Virus record (IMG/VR): IMGVR_UViG_3300017748_000001
Span: 62,998-126,997 of that record
From: a virus
DNA: 64,000 nucleotides
Reading direction: 5' to 3' (one strand)
The position numbers were made by a program, and so were the translations under genes. This document shows positions 47,824 through 55,631 of the stretch, piece by piece. The notes beneath the pieces are model-generated. The model worked only from the letters and a program-made list of their open reading frames with translations. It did not search any database and was not told where the DNA came from. Position 1 is the stretch's first letter, and the number at the start of each line of letters is the position of its first letter.

Positions 47824-48382
47824 CGTTAATCCCCATAATATCAATATTATTTATAGTATAATTATTTTTGGAGTATTTCTTCATTCTATTCTTAGCCCTC
47901 TGTATCTTGAGACTAGAAACCTTGGAAGTAAACACTACGCCGTTTAGATGATCCAGTTCATGTTGGAAACATCTCGCATCAATTCCATAAAGTAATTCTT
48001 GTCTTTTATTTTGATTTTCATCATAATACTCTACCTCAACCGACTTTGGTCTAGATATTTCTAGGAATAAATTAGGGTAACTCAGACATCCTTCTGTGTC
48101 TGCCTGAATGCTTTTGGATTTAGATAAGATCTTAGGATTTATTGCGGTGACAAATTCTCCAGAACTTCTCTGCATAACAAATATTCTGGCGTCGAGGTTG
48201 AGTTGATTCGCACTCAGGCCCCGCCCAGAATGAAATAACATATTATCTATCATCTCCACACTTAATTGTGGAGCATCGTATAGTTCGTAATCGAAGTCCT
48301 TAAGTTTAGTAGTCAGTACCTTATGTGGAGCTTCTATCAATTTCAATTTTTTATAAAAAAGTCTAGTATTAAAATTTGACAT
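47786..48382 (-). CDS. def: Peptide deformylase
   Basis: GRGLSANQL, EGCLSYP and QHELDHLNG motifs. Confidence 0.95.
   Translation of the reverse strand: MSNFNTRLFYKKLKLIEAPHKVLTTKLKDFDYELYDAPQLSVEMIDNMLFHSGRGLSANQLNLDARIFVMQRSSGEFVTAINPKILSKSKSIQADTEGCLSYPNLFLEISRPKSVEVEYYDENQNKRQELLYGIDARCFQHELDHLNGVVFTSKVSSLKIQRAKNRMKKYSKNNYTINNIDIMGINDGTGFKKRIRKI
47848..47855 (-). promoter_or_regulatory. T4 late promoter TATAAATA for the lipase
   Basis: Exact consensus embedded in the 3' end of def, 24 nt upstream of the lipase ATG. Confidence 0.7.
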
Positions 48383-48388
48383 GAAAAA

Positions 48389-48396
48389 TATTTAGT
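48389..48396 (-). promoter_or_regulatory. Late promoter variant ACTAAATA
   Basis: 6 nt upstream of the def ATG, just after a terminator. Confidence 0.5.
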
Positions 48397-48406
48397 AATC
48401 TTTTAT

Positions 48407-48442
48407 TAAGAAAAACCCCAATTCAGTTTCCCAAATCGGGGT
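48407..48442 (-). terminator. Intrinsic terminator
   Basis: ACCCCGATTTGG-GAAA-CTGAATTGGGGT stem (with G.U pairs) followed by TTTTCTT. Confidence 0.75.
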
Positions 48443-48466
48443 CTTTATGAAGATATTATGGAGTTT

Positions 48467-48718
48467 TTATCCAGCGATACCGAAGTCTATGTTGTCTACT
48501 AAGACTTTGCAGTAGTCAAATACAGAATATCCATTAATATAGACCAGTTCTTTTCCGGTCTTTTTTCTATACTGAATACCATATTTGTTAAGACAATTTG
48601 CTAGCATTTCTCTTTTGGGACTAATAGTCGCAAATCCGTATCTTGAGACATCATTTGATGATGTCGCGCACCCTAATAGTGCAGCGGTTGTTAATATCAG
48701 TATTAGTTTTTGCATCAT
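48467..48718 (-). CDS. Small lipoprotein
   Basis: MMQKLILILTTAALLG-C lipobox; the start overlaps the upstream stop (ATGA). Confidence 0.75.
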   Translation of the reverse strand: MMQKLILILTTAALLGCATSSNDVSRYGFATISPKREMLANCLNKYGIQYRKKTGKELVYINGYSVFDYCKVLVDNIDFGIAG

Positions 48719-48870
48719 ATGGCCATTTGCCCCAGAGCGTGCATTGCCGCTACAGATGGGCCGAAGCCAATTACAATATACATAAACATTTCTAACTTTC
48801 TTCCAGTGTTGTCCGAAAATAACCATCCGTCAGAATGATGGTCATACGAAGTTTCTACATTATTTTTCAT
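48715..48870 (-). CDS. 51-aa protein with hydrophobic C-terminus
   Basis: MKNNVETSYDHHSDGWLFSDNTGRKLEMFMYIVIGFGPSVAAMHALGQMAI*; stop overlaps the lipoprotein start; AAGGAGG is unusually far upstream (17 nt). Confidence 0.55.
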   Translation of the reverse strand: MKNNVETSYDHHSDGWLFSDNTGRKLEMFMYIVIGFGPSVAAMHALGQMAI

Positions 48871-48953
48871 TACTTTTTTATTTTTTGCCTCCTTTAAGAC
48901 ATATAGTTAGGTCACTACAAGTAACATCACTTTGTTACTTTGAGTAACGAAAT

Positions 48954-48961
48954 TATTTATA
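48954..48961 (-). promoter_or_regulatory. T4 late promoter TATAAATA
   Basis: Exact consensus in an intergenic region. Confidence 0.7.
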
Positions 48962-49053
48962 AAAAGGAGGATGAAAAAATCGTGAAAACTGAACCTTTTT
49001 GTGATGTTTATTGACAATGTAGTGTTGCATAAGAACAACACCATGTTCAAAAA

Positions 49054-49263
49054 TCACTCCAAAGGATCGCCGACTATGGGATTGAGTAAATTGTCTTTCT
49101 TGTCATATACACTAAGACGACCATGAGCAAGACCATAAGTGAACTTATTTGTGATTATATTGATCCCATTATAATCTTTAATTTTCTCTTTTCCATCCGA
49201 CTCAATTTGTTTTACTAACTGAGTTAATGTGTTCCACTTTTTTTCTGCGTACTCAAGACCCAT
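49054..49263 (-). CDS. Hypothetical protein
   Basis: Co-oriented, overlaps the upstream stop, GAGAG RBS. Confidence 0.6.
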   Translation of the reverse strand: MGLEYAEKKWNTLTQLVKQIESDGKEKIKDYNGINIITNKFTYGLAHGRLSVYDKKDNLLNPIVGDPLE

Positions 49264-49678
49264 TTGTTGCTCTCTCTGTTAAATATTTTTTGTAGTCCAC
49301 CCATCCCTTGTTGGTGTTAAACCCCCAAGTTCTAGTTTTCTTTGTTCTCATAAAGAGACTCAATGCGTATGAACCTTCTGGAACTTCTATCCAGTGTAAA
49401 GATTTAGCCTTAGAGAATCTCCAGTGACCCGGCCCTCTCCAGAATTTTCCTTCTGGTGTATGTTCCCAGTATCCGCCCCAGAGAATGAAGGTGAAGTAAT
49501 CCCAAGGATGGTCATGAAGAACCGGCTCATCAGATAACATAATCTTATGAAGATAAATGTTAAATTTCAAATCCCTGCTTTCTCCCAATGTGCTGGTTTT
49601 ATCTTTTATCAATTGCCACCGGATCATGTAGGGATGTTTATCATCCCTATCCATTATAATTCTTTTCCGTCCAAACAT
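49253..49678 (-). CDS. Cupin-fold-like hypothetical protein
   Basis: LHKIMLSD..LHDHPWDYFTFILWGGYWEH..LHWIE His/Glu metal-site pattern. Confidence 0.7.
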   Translation of the reverse strand: MFGRKRIIMDRDDKHPYMIRWQLIKDKTSTLGESRDLKFNIYLHKIMLSDEPVLHDHPWDYFTFILWGGYWEHTPEGKFWRGPGHWRFSKAKSLHWIEVPEGSYALSLFMRTKKTRTWGFNTNKGWVDYKKYLTERATNGS

Positions 49679-50235
49679 TATTTCATTAGTACCTTAATCT
49701 TACTACCAACTCCTGGCTGCCTTCTGGCATTTGTAGTGGTATAGATTCCATCGACTTCTACAGTAACTCTGTAATAGTCTACTTTCTGAAAAGTTTCTTC
49801 AGTAAAAACAGTCTCGCACTGGTTCACAGTTTTGTACTCAGTGTTCCTTTCTTTTCGACTTTGCTCTACCCTATCTCCAATTCTTGCACCCAAAACCACA
49901 CCAGTTATCGTAGCGAGGGTTTTACCTTGACCCCCACCAACTCTACTCCCAAGTCCGCCACCCAGTACAGCGCCTATTAGACCGCCTGTAGACCCGAATT
50001 TGCGTTCTACCGAACGACCAACCGTCCCGCCACCAGAGCGATGCCGTTCGATTGGAATCAGGACATCCCTGCATATTCTTTGCGGCCGTCTATTGACAAC
50101 TTCATAATATACAGGTTCTGAAGATATAACTTCTGCTTCGACCAACTCCGCACCATGAACCGCATTTGTTACAAAAACAGTTGCGAAAATTATGGATGCA
50201 TAGATTGCTACATAATAACTATGATTTTTTTGCAT
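49678..50235 (-). CDS. Glycine-zipper 2TM outer-membrane protein (YcfJ-like)
   Basis: Signal peptide, GGLIGAVLGGGLGSRVGGGQGKTLATITGVVLGARIG; start at ATG 50235 with AGGAG. Confidence 0.85.
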   Translation of the reverse strand: MQKNHSYYVAIYASIIFATVFVTNAVHGAELVEAEVISSEPVYYEVVNRRPQRICRDVLIPIERHRSGGGTVGRSVERKFGSTGGLIGAVLGGGLGSRVGGGQGKTLATITGVVLGARIGDRVEQSRKERNTEYKTVNQCETVFTEETFQKVDYYRVTVEVDGIYTTTNARRQPGVGSKIKVLMK

Positions 50236-50383
50236 CAAGGATCTCCTGATATTTCTTTTCCAAAAACTCTTTATTTGCCTCAATATAATCTTGAAGTCTT
50301 TCAAATCGCGGAAGTTGATAATGCATCCGTTCTTTACAATTATCGTTGTACATAATAAGTACCCATTCATCGAAACCTGTCAT
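50219..50383 (-). CDS. Hypothetical protein (54 aa)
   Basis: MTGFDEWVLIMYNDNCKERMHYQLPRFERLQDYIEANKEFLEKKYQEILDAKKS*; AGGAG RBS. Not in the ORF track. Confidence 0.65.
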   Translation of the reverse strand: MTGFDEWVLIMYNDNCKERMHYQLPRFERLQDYIEANKEFLEKKYQEILDAKKS

Positions 50384-50393
50384 ATCTTCTCTC

Positions 50394-50837
50394 CTAAAAA
50401 TCGGAATGTGCTTCGCGGAAACACTCCATTGCTAAAGGCACTTCCAATCGATATGCCTCCTTTTCCCAAGGCTGTTCCATATATTCAACATTGTCCCAGT
50501 TTTTTGGAGACTTTTTCCACATCGTTCCAACGTGCCAAGGGCCATCATAAACATCTCGCAATTCTTTACGAGCGTACTGTTTAACATGAACCATTTCATG
50601 ACAAAGTGCAGATATCAAATCGAAAATTTTCATACCTTTCTGAATACGAATTTCAAACTCATTTTTGTCGATATGATGACATTCTGCATGAGTTCCGTCT
50701 GCGAAATTTTTAAAGATGACTTCAATATCAAGAGTTCTGAATCTTGCAAGAAGTTTTTTTGCACACCATTCAACTGTAATCTTAGCGATCTTGGATTCAC
50801 CTTTCAGGCCGCCTCTTACAGAAAAAACATTGGACAT
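50394..50837 (-). CDS. HExxH zinc metallopeptidase-like (SprT-like) protein
   Basis: ALCHEMVHVKQY..QPWEKEAY. Confidence 0.75.
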   Translation of the reverse strand: MSNVFSVRGGLKGESKIAKITVEWCAKKLLARFRTLDIEVIFKNFADGTHAECHHIDKNEFEIRIQKGMKIFDLISALCHEMVHVKQYARKELRDVYDGPWHVGTMWKKSPKNWDNVEYMEQPWEKEAYRLEVPLAMECFREAHSDF

Positions 50838-50916
50838 ATTTTTGGATCTCTCTATCAACTTACTGAGCTATTCTCTCATAGATTGAGAACTGAGTCAAGG
50901 ATTTTTTTAGATTATT

Positions 50917-51132
50917 TTAATCTAAGTCCATCTCTTTTAATTCTTTTTTGGTAAGATCCCTAAATTTTCTCCGAGAAACACTCCAGTGTGATGGCGGCTT
51001 TGAAAAATATTTAGGGGTTTTGGAGCCTTTCGGGATATAACCCACTAAAGAACTGCCGGATGTGATGTAGATGTGGTTGGCAACCTTGCCGTCACCCTCA
51101 TCCCATTCTGTTATTTCTTGTCGATATCTCAT
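50917..51132 (-). CDS. Hypothetical protein
   Basis: Co-oriented small ORF. Confidence 0.65.
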   Translation of the reverse strand: MRYRQEITEWDEGDGKVANHIYITSGSSLVGYIPKGSKTPKYFSKPPSHWSVSRRKFRDLTKKELKEMDLD

Positions 51133-51135
51133 AAT

Positions 51136-51342
51136 TTACCAAATAAAGTTCAAAATCAGAAAAAGTATTACAGTTACGATGATTACGATTGTTTCTGGTT
51201 CTTTCCAGACTCCATCCCAATTCATCTCTTCTTCTGGAGTCGCAGACTCCATCATTGCCGTTGCAGCATCATCTGCTGCAGACGGCAACTCATCTTTCTC
51301 TCTATATTCTTCATAGAGATCCAGATCAGTAGGAAATCTCAT
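51136..51342 (-). CDS. Hypothetical acidic protein with C-terminal TM helix
   Basis: TIVIIVTVILFLILNFIW tail. Confidence 0.65.
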   Translation of the reverse strand: MRFPTDLDLYEEYREKDELPSAADDAATAMMESATPEEEMNWDGVWKEPETIVIIVTVILFLILNFIW

Positions 51343-51692
51343 TGTACTAGGTACTTTCCATTCTTAATTGCGTACTTGACAGAACCCACTTCGATACACT
51401 TCCAACCTTTGGTGCCAGAGGAGGATTCCCGCATAAGTTCGACGGTTTCTGTCATCTCAACACCTTCTTCCATAACCTTAGTCGCAAGAAGATTCCAACT
51501 ATCAGTCCAAGGCTTGGTTCCGTTGATGATATCAGTCAACCGAACGGTTTTGAAGTGTTTCATTTCGGGAAGTTCGAACTTAGTTCCGGTTTCCCCAATT
51601 TGCATATTGGTGGTATCGAACATATATCCATCAATTTCGTGGATGGTCTGTAGACCAGTCGAACCAGTAGAAAAACTTGCAGTATAACCCAT
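51339..51692 (-). CDS. Hypothetical protein
   Basis: AAGGA RBS before the ATG at 51692. Confidence 0.6.
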   Translation of the reverse strand: MGYTASFSTGSTGLQTIHEIDGYMFDTTNMQIGETGTKFELPEMKHFKTVRLTDIINGTKPWTDSWNLLATKVMEEGVEMTETVELMRESSSGTKGWKCIEVGSVKYAIKNGKYLVQ

Positions 51693-51702
51693 AATATATT
51701 CC

Positions 51703-51996
51703 TTATAACTTGATTTGAATGCCAACAGCGGCAAGGGCTTTTTCCCAAAGAGTTTTGGGAGTGTGGTACTTGATCAGCGCACTGACCTCTCGACGCCAAT
51801 ACATGATCCAGTCATCGACCTTCTCACTATCTTTGCCGTGTTTTTCGGTCAACATCAAATAACGAAGACGCATTTCATAGGATCCATTAGAGGCACCTTC
51901 GAAACCGCCAAACCGATTAATGATTCGCGTAGCCTCTTTACGGGTCATCTGCTGAACCATAGTTTGGGGAAGATCTGGAACACCTTTCAATCGCAT
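51703..51996 (-). CDS. Hypothetical early protein
   Basis: First gene after a sigma70 promoter. Confidence 0.6.
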   Translation of the reverse strand: MRLKGVPDLPQTMVQQMTRKEATRIINRFGGFEGASNGSYEMRLRYLMLTEKHGKDSEKVDDWIMYWRREVSALIKYHTPKTLWEKALAAVGIQIKL

Positions 51997-52028
51997 ATTT
52001 CTCTCTCTAATCAACAAAATATTAGCAT

Positions 52029-52057
52029 ATTATAGATGATTAGAGAGAGTTCGTCAA
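52029..52057 (-). promoter_or_regulatory. Sigma70-type promoter
   Basis: TTGACG-17 nt-TATAAT with an A-tract upstream. Confidence 0.8.
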
Positions 52058-52122
52058 GGACTTTTTGAAAATAATTTAAGTTTTTTTAGACCGATTTGGT
52101 CTAAGGGTTATAGTTGTTATAA

Positions 52123-52206
52123 CTAAAATACTAGCGCGTAGGCAAATGGTGACACCATAAAAATCGCAAGTGGACTTAACATCCGTATCAGGACAACATT
52201 AGACAT
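52123..52206 (-). CDS. 27-aa hydrophobic peptide MSNVVLIRMLSPLAIFMVSPFAYALVF
   Basis: AGGAG RBS about 6 nt before the ATG; only ORF between the endolysin and the next promoter. Confidence 0.6.
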   Translation of the reverse strand: MSNVVLIRMLSPLAIFMVSPFAYALVF

Positions 52207-52228
52207 TTTTTACTCCTATAATATAATT

Positions 52229-52285
52229 GTTACAAAATTGTGACAACTATACTATATATAAAAAAATGTTACAGAATTATGACAG
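52229..52285 (-). promoter_or_regulatory. Two Pho-box-like sites (PhoB/OmpR-family direct repeats)
   Basis: CTGTCATAATTCTGTAAC (52285-52268) and TTGTCACAATTTTGTAAC (52246-52229); TATAGT lies 11 nt after the first. Confidence 0.65.
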
Positions 52286-52288
52286 TCC

Positions 52289-52741
52289 CTACATTAATTC
52301 AAAATGAGGGGCATCAATGAACGGTCTTCTACCCTGAGATCGTCTCGTATCGATATAGGAATTCATCGCATCTTCCATAGTTCCGTCCCAATCTCTAATA
52401 TCGCTGATAGTCCATGCAGCACCCCAGCGAACAGCGACTCCAACTTTCTCCGCACCAATTTTTACTGCATCTGCGATTTCGTCATAGACATTGAGTTCCC
52501 AACTTCCGCGACTACCGATATAAGCCATAAGATCGACTGCGCGGCCTTCTAGGTGTTTGGACTTCATTGTTTGTGATGCTCCAGCAGCAACCAGTTCTTC
52601 TTGTTTCTGAATAGAACGGACACCTTCGATGACTCCGAAATCAATCTTGGTTTCTTCGATTGCATATTTGACTACTTGGACTAAATCCGGATCAACTCCG
52701 TCTAGTCTCTTCAATGATCTTGATGATAAATTAAATCCCAT
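52289..52741 (-). CDS. Endolysin, peptidase M15 (L-Ala-D-Glu peptidase type)
   Basis: RSLKRLDGVDPDL..DFGVIEGVRSIQKQEEL..SKHLEGRAVDL..RWG..FIDAPHFEL. Confidence 0.9.
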   Translation of the reverse strand: MGFNLSSRSLKRLDGVDPDLVQVVKYAIEETKIDFGVIEGVRSIQKQEELVAAGASQTMKSKHLEGRAVDLMAYIGSRGSWELNVYDEIADAVKIGAEKVGVAVRWGAAWTISDIRDWDGTMEDAMNSYIDTRRSQGRRPFIDAPHFELM

Positions 52742-52765
52742 AATATAATCCTCCGATTAAAAAAC

Positions 52766-52773
52766 TATTTATA
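52766..52773 (-). promoter_or_regulatory. T4 late promoter TATAAATA for the endolysin
   Basis: Exact consensus overlapping the upstream stop codon. Confidence 0.8.
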
Positions 52774-53395
52774 CTGATATCTCAATTGAAAAATTAATAC
52801 TAAATGAAGTCTCATTTCCAGTTGGATCCTTTATTGTAAAAGTATGTGTGTTTGATGCAGCGCCCATTCCGGTTTTATCTAATGTAAACTGCACAAATCC
52901 GAATGTGTAGGTAGAATAATTATCGAAGTTAGATAGACCTCCGCCTTCAGTCAAAGAAGATCCCGTACCTTGGTTATCGCTGCACTTAAATTGATAACCA
53001 GAAAAACTAGATGCTGTGGATGTTGTCCACCTAAATTCTTGAAGAGTCTTTGTTGGTTCATTTGCGTATCCAAAAGACGAAGAGTGTGTCGGAGTTGTAT
53101 TTAATGAATGACCAGATATTGCATTTCCTTCTTGAGATTTAATTTCTATAAATCCATTCTCCAAGAAATTCACAATAATCCGCATAAGAGGTTGACCCGA
53201 TCCACCCATTTGCCGGTTTGAGGTTACGTCTACCGAGGTCAATGTAGTTCCAATTGAAGTAGTCGGGGCAGCAGGAGTTAATGGCCATACTTCGGTATTG
53301 TTTCCGTCTGCGTCTGTATAGAATACTTTATTTACCACTTGGTTATTGTAGTAAACATTAGTAGGTACACTGCCGTTATAGTGAAACTTAGTCAT
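52769..53395 (-). CDS. Putative fibre-tip protein
   Basis: N-terminal NVYYNNQVVNKVFY..EVWP motif parallels 10319..12109; follows a fibre gene. Confidence 0.5.
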   Translation of the reverse strand: MTKFHYNGSVPTNVYYNNQVVNKVFYTDADGNNTEVWPLTPAAPTTSIGTTLTSVDVTSNRQMGGSGQPLMRIIVNFLENGFIEIKSQEGNAISGHSLNTTPTHSSSFGYANEPTKTLQEFRWTTSTASSFSGYQFKCSDNQGTGSSLTEGGGLSNFDNYSTYTFGFVQFTLDKTGMGAASNTHTFTIKDPTGNETSFSINFSIEISV

Positions 53396-55605
53396 TATGA
53401 AGTCGAGATATAGAGATTGCCGTTACTGAATGATACTTTGACTCCACCTAGATCCTGAGAAGTAGCTGCGGGAACAGGAACATTTACATATGCATTTGTA
53501 CCAGACATTTGTACTGCATAGTTTTGCGAAGCAACATTAGTGCTATAATTGGTAGTAATGCCGCCTAAGGTGCCCGGCCCAGCAGTTGGCAAAGTATATG
53601 CAGATGGAATAGATGGCTTATTATCCAAGTCATCGTAGTCGCCAGAGAATACTGCATTATCAACATATGTTTGTGTAGCGTATCCTGTTAACGAAGGTAT
53701 AGTCGGTTTATTATCCAAGTCATTATAGTCACCAGAGAAACCGCCACCAGTAGAAGAGACCCAAGGGACATTCACATATGCCTTATTGCTACCATCTAGT
53801 ATCACCGGATAGTTTTTATTGTTCTGTGAATACCCTATTCTTATTCCACCCAATACCCCGGCAGCTGCAGTCGGCAAAGTATATGCGGATGGAATAGATG
53901 GCTTATTATCCAAGTCATTGTAGTCGCCAGAAAAAATATCTGAAGTATTTGCCTTCAATGCAAGGGAATTTGTTATTGTTGTGCTAAAGTTAGAATCGTC
54001 TCCCAGTGCCGCTGCCAATTCATTCAATGTGTTTAGTGTGGAAGGAGCAGAATCTACTAAATTAGAAACTGCAGTATCGACATATGTTTCCGTAGCATAT
54101 CCAGATAGGTCTGTCCCAGAAGGAACATCGGTCAGGTCATTATAAGATCCAGAGAATAAACTTGGTTTATTAGACAAGTCATTATAAGATCCAGAGAATA
54201 AACTTGGTTTACTGGACAAGTCACTATAGTTACCGGAGAATAAACTTGGTTTATTGTTTAGATCATCGTAACTCCCAGAACTTGCGACTGCGTGGAGATT
54301 ATCTATTCTAGTATCCAATGCGGTATCTGCAGATGCTCTTGTAGATGCCTCGGAATCTATATTAGTTTGTAAGGTAGTATCTGCAGATGCTCTTGTAGAT
54401 GCCTCGGAATCTATATTAGTTTGTAAGGTAGTATCTGCAGATGCTCTTGTAGATGATTCTTGCACCAACGCAGCATCAAGTTTATTATCCGCATCTTTGA
54501 GACTAGTCGATGCAGTCAAGTGAGTACTGGAACTATTTGCGACATATTGACCAGATCCAGTTAATCCTGCTCCCGATTGAGTTGTATCTAATTCTGTCTG
54601 TAACGCACTATCCGCATTTTGCCTTGCGGTAGTTTCTGTCGCAATTGCGTCTGCGTTTACTTTTGATTGTGCGTCAAGTTTTTCGTCTGCATCCTGTAAC
54701 GAAACTGCTTCGTCGATATAATTAGCATCCGTCTTGGCAATATAACTTCCATCCGTATCTAAACCAGCACCGATCTGAGTCGCATCTAGTTCATTTTGTA
54801 TCGCAAAGATTGCTGAATCTAGAAGAGAGTCTGCGCCTCTCAGAGATGATGCAGTTTGTATATAATTACTACTAGAGTCTTCCGCATACGCACCAGAGAA
54901 TGTTAATCCCGATCCCAATTGAGTTGCATTTAATTCTGATTGAAGTGCTGCGGTTGTACCCAGAATAGTCGTATGGAAATCCGAATCGTCGTTGATTGCG
55001 GCCGCGAGTTCATTGAGTGTATCTAGTGTAGATGGTGCAGAATCTATCAGACTGGCAATTGCCCTATCGGTATATTGCGTTGTTGCAATTTTAGTTGAGT
55101 TGTCTCCTTCTGATGGAGTTATTGTGTCCAGTGTCGCCGATGCGATGTAATCAGAAACTTTTCCGTCAGTATAGTATAAATTTGACGGATGTTCATCTAC
55201 ATACTGAGTATCTATTCTTCCAAAGTTGTATTTTGGAGAATCTACCCCGTTAATATCAATTCTCTGGCCGGTGTATTGAATAAGGTCTCCGAGATCTGGT
55301 TCTCCCGATTCGATATCAGAAAGTCTTCTCAATGATAGAGAAACCTGAGCATCTGGAGCGAATCTTATAGAAATGGGGACGATCTGGCTCTCTACGCCAT
55401 AAACATCTTCTAAGTAAAGTTTGATGGCCTCTGCTTCTACTCTAGTAGAAGCGATTCGGAGAAAGCTGTCTTCTCGTAAGACACCCCGACTTCTGGTTTG
55501 GTTGGTGCGATTATATATTTGTTTTGGTTGAACAATATATACGAATGCATCTTCTGTGACAGAATCTATAGAATCAAAACTTGTGCTATTGTAGGATACC
55601 GACAT
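53395..55605 (-). CDS. Second tail fibre-like protein
   Basis: DSAPSTL.TLNELAAA x2, TQ.GAGL..SL..AD..LD units, ASTRASADTTLQTNIDSE repeats, SGDYNDLDNKP repeats. Confidence 0.75.
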   Translation of the reverse strand: MSVSYNSTSFDSIDSVTEDAFVYIVQPKQIYNRTNQTRSRGVLREDSFLRIASTRVEAEAIKLYLEDVYGVESQIVPISIRFAPDAQVSLSLRRLSDIESGEPDLGDLIQYTGQRIDINGVDSPKYNFGRIDTQYVDEHPSNLYYTDGKVSDYIASATLDTITPSEGDNSTKIATTQYTDRAIASLIDSAPSTLDTLNELAAAINDDSDFHTTILGTTAALQSELNATQLGSGLTFSGAYAEDSSSNYIQTASSLRGADSLLDSAIFAIQNELDATQIGAGLDTDGSYIAKTDANYIDEAVSLQDADEKLDAQSKVNADAIATETTARQNADSALQTELDTTQSGAGLTGSGQYVANSSSTHLTASTSLKDADNKLDAALVQESSTRASADTTLQTNIDSEASTRASADTTLQTNIDSEASTRASADTALDTRIDNLHAVASSGSYDDLNNKPSLFSGNYSDLSSKPSLFSGSYNDLSNKPSLFSGSYNDLTDVPSGTDLSGYATETYVDTAVSNLVDSAPSTLNTLNELAAALGDDSNFSTTITNSLALKANTSDIFSGDYNDLDNKPSIPSAYTLPTAAAGVLGGIRIGYSQNNKNYPVILDGSNKAYVNVPWVSSTGGGFSGDYNDLDNKPTIPSLTGYATQTYVDNAVFSGDYDDLDNKPSIPSAYTLPTAGPGTLGGITTNYSTNVASQNYAVQMSGTNAYVNVPVPAATSQDLGGVKVSFSNGNLYISTS
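53583..53943. repeat. Direct repeat, offset 285 bp (FSGDYNDLDNKPSIPSAYTLPTA)
   Basis: Near-identical DNA at about 53583-53655 and 53868-53940. Confidence 0.85.
54130..54280. repeat. 42-bp tandem repeats (SGSYNDLSNKPSLF), about 3.5 copies
   Basis: Repeated gagaataaacttggtttat core at a 42-nt period. Confidence 0.9.
54323..54455. repeat. Perfect 54-bp tandem repeat, about 2.5 copies
   Basis: Unit gtatctgcagatgctcttgtagatgcctcggaatctatattagtttgtaaggta at 54323, 54377 and (partial) 54431. Confidence 0.95.
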
Positions 55606-55623
55606 TATAATTCCCGAAAGAAC

Positions 55624-55631
55624 TATTTATA
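55624..55631 (-). promoter_or_regulatory. T4 late promoter TATAAATA for the second fibre module
   Basis: Exact consensus overlapping the guaC stop. Confidence 0.8.

Noticed and set aside
49005-49040. Plus-strand TTGACA as a promoter
   Set aside because: No -10 hexamer at 16-18 nt spacing and no plus-strand gene downstream.
51073-51687. 204-aa plus-strand ORF
   Set aside because: Overlaps three well-punctuated minus-strand genes; no supporting signals.
54130-54455. CRISPR-like array
   Set aside because: Repeats are contiguous, in-frame coding units with no unique spacers, and no cas genes are present.
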